Source of the DNA: Acholeplasmataceae bacterium | Lineage (GTDB): Bacteria > Bacillota_I > Bacilli_A > Acholeplasmatales > Acholeplasmataceae | NCBI GenBank assembly: GCA_963667565.1 | Contig: OY763415.1 | Location: 352,001 to 416,000 of the forward strand | Direction of reading: 5' to 3' | Length of the DNA stretch: 64,000 nucleotides | Part shown: positions 30,325 to 40,109 of the stretch, in pieces | Position numbering within the stretch: position 1 is the first letter of the stretch | Layout: each line of letters starts with the position of its first letter | Position numbers and translations under genes: made by a program | Notes under the pieces: model-generated | Seen by the model: only the letters and a program-made list of their open reading frames with translations | What the model was told of the DNA's origin: nothing | Databases searched by the model: none

Positions 30325-31803
30325 TTAAGTTATAAATAGTATACCAAGAATAGAAATCAAATTTGATAAGATGTGAACTGCCATTGGATAAACAATATTC
30401 TTTTGATTCTTAATATAAATAATACCAAAGACAAAGCCCATTATAATATAACCGATACCATTAATGAGTGCGCTTATAAAGGATGCTTCTCCAATTAAAT
30501 GGATTGAACCAAAGATGACAGAAGAAACAATTAAAGCAAGCACATTATTTTTAATAAGACCAAAGATTGATTTTCTAAAGATAAGCTCTTCAACAATAGG
30601 TCCAATAAATACGGCACTGATCACCATGAAAATAGCACCATTTGAATGTAGAATGTTAACGATTGCCATTTGATTGACAGATTCCTCAACAGGTTGATTA
30701 AATAGTTGAGAAAGTGCATCTGAAATAATTGAAGATACTAAGTTAGCAACAATTAAAAATACATATCCTGTAATAATGAATCCTATCATTCTTGAGAAGG
30801 AATCTTTTTTTGTAAGTTCTACATCATATGATAAATTAGGTTTTAGAATGAGGAGTAATACAGGTAATAAAATGATATAGATAATAAAATTAACTAATCC
30901 ATTTGCATAACCCGTTAAATCCCAATCCATATAGTCAATGACATAATAGTTTTCTGAAGTACTATTGTTAATTGGCGACACTTGATTTTGATATTCATAT
31001 AAAATAATATTTGATCCATCAGACCAAGTTTGAATATTTCCTGAGAATAAATCCCACATGGTTTCATCATGTGCTATAAGTGTTTGAAGGTCTACGTTGT
31101 TGACGTTTGCTACAATATAATAATTTATGTAATCTACATCTTGAATGACATATAAATCTTGACTATAATCACTAAAATAAGTGTCATAGAAATTAATATC
31201 AATTAAGCCTATAGCATTAGGATCTTTGATGATTTCATCAAACATTGGTGTAGCTAGAGAAATCAAGTTGAGTTGATCAACATTTATTGTTGTATAAATT
31301 GCATCATCATCTGAGACATAAAATTGGAATGGTTGAGTCATATCTTCGTCCCAATAAGTCATTGTACCATCGACGATATAATTTGCAAATAAATCATCTG
31401 GTAATGTATCTGTTTGGACGAGATCATTTGATATATTATAAAGTAGTGTATATGTTGAATAATATCCTAAAATATCTATATAGTTTGCATATGTTTCCAT
31501 ATAATCATTTGCATAGACATCGGTATCCATGATGGCGATGCCATAAGGATCATTGATTAAGTCATTAAGTACTTTTTCATCTTTGGTTAAATAGTCGATG
31601 TTATCTGGATTTGAAATAAAGACGATTTGTATAATACCAGCGACTAAAAACATGATGAGTACATAGTATAATATTGAAAAGATATACCGTGCTTTATTTT
31701 GGACTGGTTGGTCGACGTGTTTTTTCTTTTTTAATTCATCTTTAAATAAATCCTCAAACTGTATAATGTTATTTCCCTCATAATTTTCGTTTTCATTATG
31801 CAT
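30325..31803 (-). CDS. CPBP/CAAX-family intramembrane metalloprotease with large extracellular insert
   Basis: EELIFR, FGSIH and HILSN motifs in the C-terminal TM region. Confidence 0.88.
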   Translation of the reverse strand: MHNENENYEGNNIIQFEDLFKDELKKKKHVDQPVQNKARYIFSILYYVLIMFLVAGIIQIVFISNPDNIDYLTKDEKVLNDLINDPYGIAIMDTDVYANDYMETYANYIDILGYYSTYTLLYNISNDLVQTDTLPDDLFANYIVDGTMTYWDEDMTQPFQFYVSDDDAIYTTINVDQLNLISLATPMFDEIIKDPNAIGLIDINFYDTYFSDYSQDLYVIQDVDYINYYIVANVNNVDLQTLIAHDETMWDLFSGNIQTWSDGSNIILYEYQNQVSPINNSTSENYYVIDYMDWDLTGYANGLVNFIIYIILLPVLLLILKPNLSYDVELTKKDSFSRMIGFIITGYVFLIVANLVSSIISDALSQLFNQPVEESVNQMAIVNILHSNGAIFMVISAVFIGPIVEELIFRKSIFGLIKNNVLALIVSSVIFGSIHLIGEASFISALINGIGYIIMGFVFGIIYIKNQKNIVYPMAVHILSNLISILGILFIT

Positions 31804-31902
31804 GTTTATCACCCTACTTTATTATAACTTATGATTAGTTTAATTGGTAGGTATATCCATAAAAATGTGATAATATATTATTAGATAGATCATGTGAGGA
31901 AA

Positions 31903-32493
31903 ATGATGAAACTCTTACTAGCAAGCCAAAATCAGCATAAAAAAGAAGAGATATTTCAAATCTTTAAAGACTATGATGTCGAATTACTGGATTTGTCTTT
32001 TTTTAAAGATTGTGATGATGTGTTAGAATCTGGGACAACATTTTTAGAAAATGCGATTATTAAAGCAAAATATTTTTCTAAAAAATATAACATGCCTGCA
32101 ATTGCTGATGATTCTGGATTGGTTGTTCACGCATTAGGTGGTCGACCAGGGATTTATTCTAAAAGATACAGTGGTGGATCTGATATTGATAATAATATAA
32201 AGTTACTAGATGAAATGAAAGACAAGGATGATCGAAATGCTTATTTCATTTCAGTGATTGTTATTTATTTTCCAGATGATTACTATGTTCACTTTGAAGG
32301 TAGAGTTTATGGTGAGATTGCTTACCAAATGAAAGGCAATCATGGATTTGGTTATGATCCTATATTTTATATAAAAAATTACGATAAGCATATGGCTGAA
32401 TTAGATAGTCATATCAAAAATCAAATTTCACATCGTGCAATGGCGATCAAAGAAGTTAGGAAGCGATTAGATGAAATTATTAATTACAAGTGA
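31903..32493 (+). CDS. rdgB: Non-canonical purine NTP pyrophosphatase
   Basis: AS.N.HK, ADDSGL, GFGYDPIF, ISHR. Confidence 0.95.
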   Translation: MMKLLLASQNQHKKEEIFQIFKDYDVELLDLSFFKDCDDVLESGTTFLENAIIKAKYFSKKYNMPAIADDSGLVVHALGGRPGIYSKRYSGGSDIDNNIKLLDEMKDKDDRNAYFISVIVIYFPDDYYVHFEGRVYGEIAYQMKGNHGFGYDPIFYIKNYDKHMAELDSHIKNQISHRAMAIKEVRKRLDEIINYK

Positions 32494-32911
32494 TGTTCAT
32501 GGACATGAAGAAAGATTAAAAGAAGTCATTGATATCCATAAGGATGTCGATGCCCATTTGAATGCTGGAGATATGTGTCTTGATCAAAGAGTGTATGAAA
32601 AATACCATTTGATTACAGTTAAAGGTAATAACGATTTTTTCACAAATGAACCCTTTAAAAGAGTCATCAATCTTTTTGGAATCCATATTTTATTAACGCA
32701 TGGTCATATGGAACATGTCAAATTTAGTAAGAGAGAGATTAAAGCATTAGGTGAACATCTAGAAGCTGATTTAGTGGTCTTTGGACATACACATCAAAGA
32801 TATATTGAAAAAATAGGCGATATGGTGTTAATCAATCCAGGTGCTTTAGGTGATTTTGAGAAGAGTTATGCCATTTATGAAGATGGAGAAATCACCTTCT
32901 ATCAGTTATAA
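32471..32911 (+). CDS. YfcE/YsnB-family metallophosphoesterase
   Basis: SDVHG, GD, GNND, THGH, GHTH, NPG. Confidence 0.9.
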   Translation: MKLLITSDVHGHEERLKEVIDIHKDVDAHLNAGDMCLDQRVYEKYHLITVKGNNDFFTNEPFKRVINLFGIHILLTHGHMEHVKFSKREIKALGEHLEADLVVFGHTHQRYIEKIGDMVLINPGALGDFEKSYAIYEDGEITFYQL

Positions 32912-32951
32912 AAAATAAATGATTGTATGTTATTTAAATGAGGTGTTTTAA

Positions 32952-35951
32952 TTGCGATTATCAGATGTACTTAATTTAGAAAAACAACCACATAGCTTGC
33001 CAATTATTAAAGATTTTTTAAGTCAATCTTTATCGCATTTGGATTATCAAGCAGCTTATCATTATTATTTTGAAATAGCGATGGAACTATCGCTTTTTGA
33101 GCTTGTTTATGAAGAAGGTTTTCAAGTACTAAAAGAGATTCAAAATCAAAATGAAACGCTATATTATGAAAAAATACTAAAACTATTAATTGATGCAAGT
33201 CTTAAACTTTCTAAGTTTGATGATGCTAGACGTTTGATTGCACTTAGAAAAGAAGCATTACCCATTATTAATCAGTACTTAGGATTATTAGATGATATTA
33301 AGTATAAAAAAGCATTAAATGAACCATATCTTGAAGATATATTAAAAATATTACAAGATTTAATTCCCGATCAAGTTAAAATCTATTGTTTAGATGAGCT
33401 TATCACTTTATATGATCAAGATGGTCACTATGAAATGGCCCTTAATCAGATTTATTTACTTCATAAGTTTGATTTACGAAAAACATATATTGCTAAAGAA
33501 ATTGAACTTTTAATTAAATTAGAACGTCTAGATGAAGCCAGAACGAAAGCTTTAGAAGAAAATAAAAATCATCCTTATGACATGGATGTTGTTTATCATT
33601 TGCTTCATGTTTATTATTTACAAAAAGAGTTTTTAAAAGCATCTAATCTTGATGCTGAATATGAAGAGAAATTTGAAGAACAAGATGATATTTATCAAGA
33701 GCGAGTCTATGAATTGTTTATAAAAATTTATGAATCACTAGATAATAAGTTATCACTTGATTTATATCAAAAGAAATTAAAGAGACTTAAAAAATCAACA
33801 AGTAAAAAAATTGATCAAAAAGTTGTTTTAAAGGAAAAAGAAAAAGAACCGATTGTCATCATAGAAAAACAAGAACCTAAATCGATTGTTTCAAAAAATT
33901 TGCTTGAGCATTTAGAGATGAGTACTGATTTAATTGAATATGCCCACTTAATTGATGATAAACTACCATTAAGGGAATATTTGCGTATATTTTTCATGCA
34001 TTTTGAGAAATACATGAAAGCTAAAGAATTCATTATCTATGTTGAACAAGATGAACCTAATTTCTTTTTCTACAAAAAAGAAAGATTATATGATAAAACA
34101 CTGACACCAATGATGATAAGTGATAGCATCATTTCACATGTGCTTCACACAGGTGAAGATGTGTATGAACTGACACAAACACTTAAGTATCAAAAAAATG
34201 TTATTACACAAGAAGCATTTAATGATGAAGTGAAATTTGTTTATGCATTTCCATTAGGAGATTTAGGTGTATTTGTGATTTACTTAGAAGAAGCATTAAC
34301 AGATCCTGCGATGTATTATGATTTGCTTAAACTTGTCTCAAGTATTTTATTTAGTCATTTACTTGATGAAAAGAAATTAAAGACATTCAAAAAAGAAAAT
34401 CATATGTATAGACAAATCATCAATGCACCAATCATTTGTTATAGATTATATAGTGAACTAGGATCGACATATAATGATCAAGCGATGAAATTATTTGATA
34501 TTGATAAGCATGAACATTTAGAACTCTTTTTAAGAGATGTCTCATATGAATATGTACATGCATATAAAGATGCTATTCAGAGTGCGATGCAAAGAGCTGG
34601 TGAAATTAAACAACTCATGTATACATATCAAAATAAAAATATATTAGAAAAAATGTATAGTTTTAAAGAAGGGGATGAAACCTATATTATGAGTTTCTTT
34701 TATGATCAAACCAAAGAAGTTGATGAAACTAAAGAACTTATGAAACAGGCAACGCTCGATCAATCTTCAGGATTATTTAACACCTATGCATTAGATCAAG
34801 CAATGGATGAACTCAAAGAAGAAAAAGTAAGTTTTTGTTTAATTGAGTTAGATGACCACATGAAGCATATTTATGGTAGTGAGCAAATGAACTTATTTTT
34901 TAAAGAGTTTGCACAATTATCTAAAAAATATTTCTCTGATGGTCAAGTCTATAGATTTGATTTTAATCAAATATTAGTCGCATATCCTCAAAATGATATT
35001 AGAGCGATTACTAAACTATTAAAAGACTATATTAAAATGCTTGAAGGATATAAATCTCAAGTCTTAAACTATGAGAAATTTGATGTTTCTATCGGTGTGT
35101 TAAGATATCCTGTTGTCACTGTAGAAAAACAAAAAGAAAAGTTATATCGTTTCTTTGATATTGCTTTAGAAAAAGCGAAGAGAACCAAAGAGGAACGTAT
35201 CTATTATTTTGTGTATCATGATTACGAAGAAGAACTCTTTGAACAGCAAGTCATTGATTACTTAAATATCGCGATTGAAACCAGACAAATTGGTTTGGTA
35301 TTTAATCAAGTGATTGATATGAGTAAAAACATTGTTTGGCAATACGAGAGTGAACTTGTTGTTACTGAACTCACCATCGATAGTAAATATTTATTAGCGA
35401 TTGCAGAAAAGAGAAATCGCTTGATTGATATTGAACATTTTCATATTGAAAAAGTATGTGAGTTTTTAGTTGATTTAGAAAAACAAACAGATCGATTAAT
35501 TAAAATCACTATTCCGGTATCTAAACAAACCTTTGTTGATCCTAAGTTTAATAGTTTTTTATTAGGGACTTTAAAGACATATGGTATTCCATATGAGTTT
35601 ATTCGCTTAAAATGTGATATGGATCTTCGTCCTAAAGTGTATTTAACACAGATTCAAGAGCTTATTGATCATGGGATTACACTTGATACAACAAGTGTTG
35701 ATACAGCCATTCACTATCCATTTAATGCACTTCATTTAGATGTATTAGGTGAAAGTGTCAAGTTAAATGAATATGTAAAGCGTATGAAATCAATGCTTGA
35801 TGATTTCCAAATGGCATTGATCATTCGTGGTGTTAAAACCAAAGAACAAAAAGAAAATTTACAAAGACTTGATATTAAATATATCGAAGGTAGCATTTAT
35901 AAAGAGTTACCAGCACCTGTCTTACTTAGAAAAATAAGAGAATCATTATGA
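32952..35951 (+). CDS. Large protein: helical (TPR-like) region, GAF-like region, degenerate GGDEF, degenerate EAL
   Basis: DQSSGLFN entry motif, RFDFNQI at the R-x-GGDEF position, SIG...AL..AK; FNQVID...YESE and RGVKTKEQ...IEG as EAL remnants; TTG start with GAGGTG RBS. Confidence 0.8.
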   Translation: MRLSDVLNLEKQPHSLPIIKDFLSQSLSHLDYQAAYHYYFEIAMELSLFELVYEEGFQVLKEIQNQNETLYYEKILKLLIDASLKLSKFDDARRLIALRKEALPIINQYLGLLDDIKYKKALNEPYLEDILKILQDLIPDQVKIYCLDELITLYDQDGHYEMALNQIYLLHKFDLRKTYIAKEIELLIKLERLDEARTKALEENKNHPYDMDVVYHLLHVYYLQKEFLKASNLDAEYEEKFEEQDDIYQERVYELFIKIYESLDNKLSLDLYQKKLKRLKKSTSKKIDQKVVLKEKEKEPIVIIEKQEPKSIVSKNLLEHLEMSTDLIEYAHLIDDKLPLREYLRIFFMHFEKYMKAKEFIIYVEQDEPNFFFYKKERLYDKTLTPMMISDSIISHVLHTGEDVYELTQTLKYQKNVITQEAFNDEVKFVYAFPLGDLGVFVIYLEEALTDPAMYYDLLKLVSSILFSHLLDEKKLKTFKKENHMYRQIINAPIICYRLYSELGSTYNDQAMKLFDIDKHEHLELFLRDVSYEYVHAYKDAIQSAMQRAGEIKQLMYTYQNKNILEKMYSFKEGDETYIMSFFYDQTKEVDETKELMKQATLDQSSGLFNTYALDQAMDELKEEKVSFCLIELDDHMKHIYGSEQMNLFFKEFAQLSKKYFSDGQVYRFDFNQILVAYPQNDIRAITKLLKDYIKMLEGYKSQVLNYEKFDVSIGVLRYPVVTVEKQKEKLYRFFDIALEKAKRTKEERIYYFVYHDYEEELFEQQVIDYLNIAIETRQIGLVFNQVIDMSKNIVWQYESELVVTELTIDSKYLLAIAEKRNRLIDIEHFHIEKVCEFLVDLEKQTDRLIKITIPVSKQTFVDPKFNSFLLGTLKTYGIPYEFIRLKCDMDLRPKVYLTQIQELIDHGITLDTTSVDTAIHYPFNALHLDVLGESVKLNEYVKRMKSMLDDFQMALIIRGVKTKEQKENLQRLDIKYIEGSIYKELPAPVLLRKIRESL

Positions 35952-37018
35952 GCCTACTAAAATTAAAACCATATGTAGATGCACTTGAAAAAGATGCTCA
36001 AAACTCATATGGATATCGTGCACAATCTGCGTTTGACATGCTTGGACATATCGATTTAATGATTAAAGCATATCAAAGTGATGAGGTGATGAATCAAGGA
36101 GAAGTCTTGCTTGATGTTTTTGGTTTGCTTCAAGGATTCTTTGTAGGTATTGATTCATTATATGATTTGGCGATTGGATTAACACATTATAAGTATCATA
36201 TCAATATCAATCAAAATAAAGCACTACATCAACTCAAATATGTAAGAAATGATATTGTAGGACACCCAACAAATCGTACATACCAACAAGGATCTATAGG
36301 GTTTTCAGTGTTGAAACCTGCAAGTTTAACCAAGGAAGGTATGACATATGAGACGTTTATTTATAAGAAGAATCATCTAGAAAAAAATGTGGTGAGTGTT
36401 ATCTTTGATGAGTTAATTGATGCTTATGTCAAAGAAAAAGAACAACTGATTGAAGATATTTATCATTTTGTGAGTGAATCACCTAAAGATGGAGCCATGC
36501 TTTCTGATTTGCTCAATCTTTATGAGACACTTAATTTAGAGTTAGTTGATAAAGTTAGAGCTGAATTTATGGCTAAATATAAATTAGACGAAAAATCAAA
36601 GCATCGCTTTTTATGGAGACTTGATTTACTAAAACTTTTAATCCCATGGCATGATCAGGATCAAGAAATCGATGATTTCATCACATATATTGCACAAATA
36701 CAAGTTGAAAAGTGTTATCAGATGTTATGTGATATTGAAGATGAAAGAGGCACTGATTTATACACTTCTATACCAGAGATTTTAAAAGAGTTTTATCAAT
36801 TTATTAAAAAACATGAAGAAGATGCGTATCCACTTTTGGAAAATATGCATGATTATGATCATCCGATGCATCATCACGATGTTGAAAAATTGCTTGATTT
36901 AAATCCTAAGGGAAGTGCACTTAAACTGATGTTGTTTTTAAAATCACAAACGAGTGAACAAAAAGTGTATTTGATTGGGTCTATTCTGAAAAATTATCGA
37001 CCTAAATCCAAGCGATAA
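35948..37018 (+). CDS. Hypothetical protein with HEPN-like RxxxxxH motif
   Basis: Helical N-terminal domain FGLLQGFF..IDS...LKYVRNDIVGHP (R100/H106); ATGA overlap with upstream gene. Confidence 0.6.
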   Translation: MSLLKLKPYVDALEKDAQNSYGYRAQSAFDMLGHIDLMIKAYQSDEVMNQGEVLLDVFGLLQGFFVGIDSLYDLAIGLTHYKYHININQNKALHQLKYVRNDIVGHPTNRTYQQGSIGFSVLKPASLTKEGMTYETFIYKKNHLEKNVVSVIFDELIDAYVKEKEQLIEDIYHFVSESPKDGAMLSDLLNLYETLNLELVDKVRAEFMAKYKLDEKSKHRFLWRLDLLKLLIPWHDQDQEIDDFITYIAQIQVEKCYQMLCDIEDERGTDLYTSIPEILKEFYQFIKKHEEDAYPLLENMHDYDHPMHHHDVEKLLDLNPKGSALKLMLFLKSQTSEQKVYLIGSILKNYRPKSKR

Positions 37019-37057
37019 TTAAAATAATATGTTATAATATTTACGAGGTGTTTAAAT

Positions 37058-37255
37058 ATGGCATGGAGTAATGAAACTTACCTAATCGGTGAAAAAGTAA
37101 AAGTGGAAAATGAAAAAGGATTTGGAGTCATTACTCGTATTGACTTTAAACGCGGCTTAATCTACGTTTTATATAAAAGAGGTAGAGAAGAAGCTTATCC
37201 TTATCCAGAAGCAATCGATCAACAAGTATTAAAACCAGAGGTAGGACAAAAGTAA
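37058..37255 (+). CDS. Small SH3/KOW-like beta-barrel protein
   Basis: IGEKVKV...GFGVITRID...IYV; own TGnTATAAT promoter, GAGGTG RBS and terminator. Confidence 0.7.
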   Translation: MAWSNETYLIGEKVKVENEKGFGVITRIDFKRGLIYVLYKRGREEAYPYPEAIDQQVLKPEVGQK

Positions 37256-37277
37256 ACACTTAGTGTTTACTTTTTTT
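37249..37277 (+). terminator. Intrinsic terminator
   Basis: AAAAGTAAACAC...GTGTTTACTTTTTTT. Confidence 0.75.
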
Positions 37278-37281
37278 ACAT

Positions 37282-37635
37282 ATGTGGTATCGATTTAAAA
37301 CATTTTGGATAAACTTTTTTAAAGTTGTATGGGCAGTCATTAGATCCATGAACAGTGTTAGAGGATACATCTCACTATTTATTAGTTACATGCTTTATCA
37401 AGGATGGGCAGTACTTTTTATTATTCTAGGTTCACTTTTTTCTCATCCATGGTTACTAGGTATAGGAACTACTGTTGTTTTATTTTGGGTTGGCCCAGGA
37501 ACACCTGTCATTCCACTCATTATTGTAACTGCTTTATTTATTAAACGATATATTTTATTTGATAAAAGCCATACGGTGAATATCAAAGAAAAATGGATAG
37601 AATTAAATGAACAATCTAAAAAGAGTAAAGGGTGA
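37282..37635 (+). CDS. Small hypothetical membrane protein
   Basis: Hydrophobic segments, W.GPGTP motif. Confidence 0.7.
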   Translation: MWYRFKTFWINFFKVVWAVIRSMNSVRGYISLFISYMLYQGWAVLFIILGSLFSHPWLLGIGTTVVLFWVGPGTPVIPLIIVTALFIKRYILFDKSHTVNIKEKWIELNEQSKKSKG

Positions 37636-37639
37636 ATTT

Positions 37640-38707
37640 ATGGTGCATATTTTAGCGATTAATCCAGGATCTACATCAACTAAGATTGCCATCTATGAAG
37701 ATAAAAATTTAATATTTAAAAAACATATCAAACACGACAGTAAAACAATAGGCACATTTATGCGTATTGTTGATCAATTTGACTATCGTTTAGAAGCGAT
37801 AATAGATGCACTTCAAGAAGCACATATGGATATGAATCATTTAAGTGCAGTTGTCGGTCGAGGTGGTATATTAAAGCCGATGGAAAGTGGCACTTATCTC
37901 ATTAATGATCTTATGATGGATGAAGTGAAGATGAAAAAAAGAGGCGAGCATGCATCAAATTTAGGATGTTTGCTAGCTTATCATATTGCAAATCCTTTAA
38001 GTATACCAAGTTATATCGTTGATCCAGTTGCAGTTGATGAATTAGAAGAAGTTGCTAGATATACTGGAATGAAAGGTATTTATAGAGAAAGTTTATTTCA
38101 CGCACTTAATCATAAAGCAGTTGGGTTAAAAGCTGCTGAAGACTTAAATAAAGATTACAAAGATTTAAACCTAATCATTTGTCATCTTGGTGGTGGTATT
38201 AGTGTTGGGGCACATAAAAAAGGGAGAGTCATAGATGTTAATAATGCATTAGATGGAGATGGACCAATGTCTGTTGAAAGAAGTGGTGGTTTACCACTGG
38301 GTCCCTTTTATCAAAAACTATATGATGAAAAACTAACCATTGATGAAGTAAAAAAACTTAATTATGGTCAAGGTGGACTTGTGGCTTATCTTAATACCAA
38401 TGATGGACAAGAGATTTTAAGAAGAATCAGTGCAGGTGACAAGGTAGCAAAACTTATGTATGAAGTCATGTGTTACCAAGTTGCAAAAGAAATTGGTAAA
38501 ATGGCTGTAGTTTTAGATGGAGATGTTGATGGTATTGTTTTAACTGGAGGGCTTGCTTATCATGATATTGCAGTAAAACTTATCACTGATAAAGTGAAGT
38601 TTATTTCTGATATTTTAGTTTATCCAGGAGAAGATGAATTAGAAGCATTAGCTTTTGGAGCATTAAGAGTTTTAAAAGGTATTGAAGATGCCAAAATATA
38701 TAAATGA
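37640..38707 (+). CDS. buk: Butyrate (branched-chain carboxylate) kinase
   Basis: INPGSTSTK, GRGG, HASNLG, FHALNHKAV, HLGGGIS. Confidence 0.96.
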   Translation: MVHILAINPGSTSTKIAIYEDKNLIFKKHIKHDSKTIGTFMRIVDQFDYRLEAIIDALQEAHMDMNHLSAVVGRGGILKPMESGTYLINDLMMDEVKMKKRGEHASNLGCLLAYHIANPLSIPSYIVDPVAVDELEEVARYTGMKGIYRESLFHALNHKAVGLKAAEDLNKDYKDLNLIICHLGGGISVGAHKKGRVIDVNNALDGDGPMSVERSGGLPLGPFYQKLYDEKLTIDEVKKLNYGQGGLVAYLNTNDGQEILRRISAGDKVAKLMYEVMCYQVAKEIGKMAVVLDGDVDGIVLTGGLAYHDIAVKLITDKVKFISDILVYPGEDELEALAFGALRVLKGIEDAKIYK

Positions 38708-38719
38708 GAGTTGATTTAG

Positions 38720-39616
38720 ATGCGTTATATAAATGAATTGCTTAGTCAAATAAATAAAGATCAAAAAGTTAAATTGATCGTTGCTGTTGCTCAAGATGAA
38801 CATGTGCTTAAAGCCGTTTATAAAGCCAAAGAAGAGAACTTGATTAAACCGTTGCTCATTGGTGATAAGGAAGAGATACTGATGATTTCAAAATCGCTTC
38901 ATCTCATATTTGATGAAGATGAAATCATAGATGAAAAAGATAAAGTTAAAGCGTGTGCACTTTCTGTAAAAAAAGCGAGATGTGATCATCAAAGTATACT
39001 TATGAAAGGTATTGTTGATTCTTCCATTATTTTAAGAGCAGCACTTAAGGAAGATGAAGGTCTTAGAACTGATAAACTGATTTCACATGTATCAGTTTTA
39101 GAAATACCAAGCTATCACAAATTACTTGTGATGACAGATGGAGCAATGAATACATACCCTGATGTGATCCAAAAACAAAAGATTACAGATAACGTGATAG
39201 AATTTTGTCATTTGTTGGGACTAAAACAACCAAAAATAGGATGTATTGCAGCCATTGAAAAAATAAATCCTAAAATGCAATCGACAGTAGATTGTGATAT
39301 CTTAAAATCACATTATAAAACACATAAAGAAGATGTCTTATTTGGTGGACCTTATGCGCTTGATAATGCGATCAATGATGAAGCAGCACATCATAAAGGC
39401 ATTGATGATGATATCGCTGGTGATGTCGATGTTTTATTGATGCCTCAAATTGAGACAGGTAATGTCTTTTATAAATCAATGGTATTTTTAGCTGGTGCTA
39501 AAAGTGCATCAGTGATTCTAGGGATGACCCATCCTATGGTATTAACAAGTCGTGCTGATTCTATTGAAACTAAATATCATTCTATTTTACTTGCAACATT
39601 GTTATTAAATAAGTAA
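38720..39616 (+). CDS. ptb: Phosphate butyryltransferase
   Basis: LMKG, TDGAMN..P, GP.ALDNA, LTSRADS; adjacent to buk. Confidence 0.9.
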   Translation: MRYINELLSQINKDQKVKLIVAVAQDEHVLKAVYKAKEENLIKPLLIGDKEEILMISKSLHLIFDEDEIIDEKDKVKACALSVKKARCDHQSILMKGIVDSSIILRAALKEDEGLRTDKLISHVSVLEIPSYHKLLVMTDGAMNTYPDVIQKQKITDNVIEFCHLLGLKQPKIGCIAAIEKINPKMQSTVDCDILKSHYKTHKEDVLFGGPYALDNAINDEAAHHKGIDDDIAGDVDVLLMPQIETGNVFYKSMVFLAGAKSASVILGMTHPMVLTSRADSIETKYHSILLATLLLNK

Positions 39617-39752
39617 GCATAATTTAAAAAAGAACATGACTTAAGTCCTTAAATGATGTTCTTTTTTTATTTAGAACATGGTATGTAATTTTATATAAAA
39701 TTATCATTTAGAGTATGTTAAAATAAAAGTAGTAACGTTTTTGAGGTGAAAC

Positions 39753-40100
39753 ATGAGCGCATTACCCCAAATATTTATAGATTACATTGAAACATTTGAT
39801 GAAGATGTAAAATCTAAGTTTTTAGACATTAGAAAAATGGTGCTTAAAGTATGCCCTGATGTTGTTGAGAAAATGAGTTATGGTGTACCGACCTATTATC
39901 ATGAAGGTATTTTACTTCATGTTGGACTCTTTAAATCTCATATTGGAATTTATCCAGGTCCTAAAACCATTGATCATTTTAGAAGTCGTTTAGAAGCATA
40001 TAGTCTAGATAAAGGAACGATTAGAATTCCTTATAAGATGGATTTAGACTTATCACTCATCAAAGATATCATCACATTTAATTTAGAATTTAGAAAATAA
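39753..40100 (+). CDS. DUF1801/YdhG-like protein
   Basis: E.MSYGVPTY...FKSHIGIYP...KGTIRIP. Confidence 0.8.
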   Translation: MSALPQIFIDYIETFDEDVKSKFLDIRKMVLKVCPDVVEKMSYGVPTYYHEGILLHVGLFKSHIGIYPGPKTIDHFRSRLEAYSLDKGTIRIPYKMDLDLSLIKDIITFNLEFRK

Positions 40101-40109
40101 GGTGAAACT

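Noticed and set aside
34740..35951. Active diguanylate cyclase or phosphodiesterase
   Set aside because: GG(D/E)EF, EAL and DDFG catalytic motifs are all substituted.
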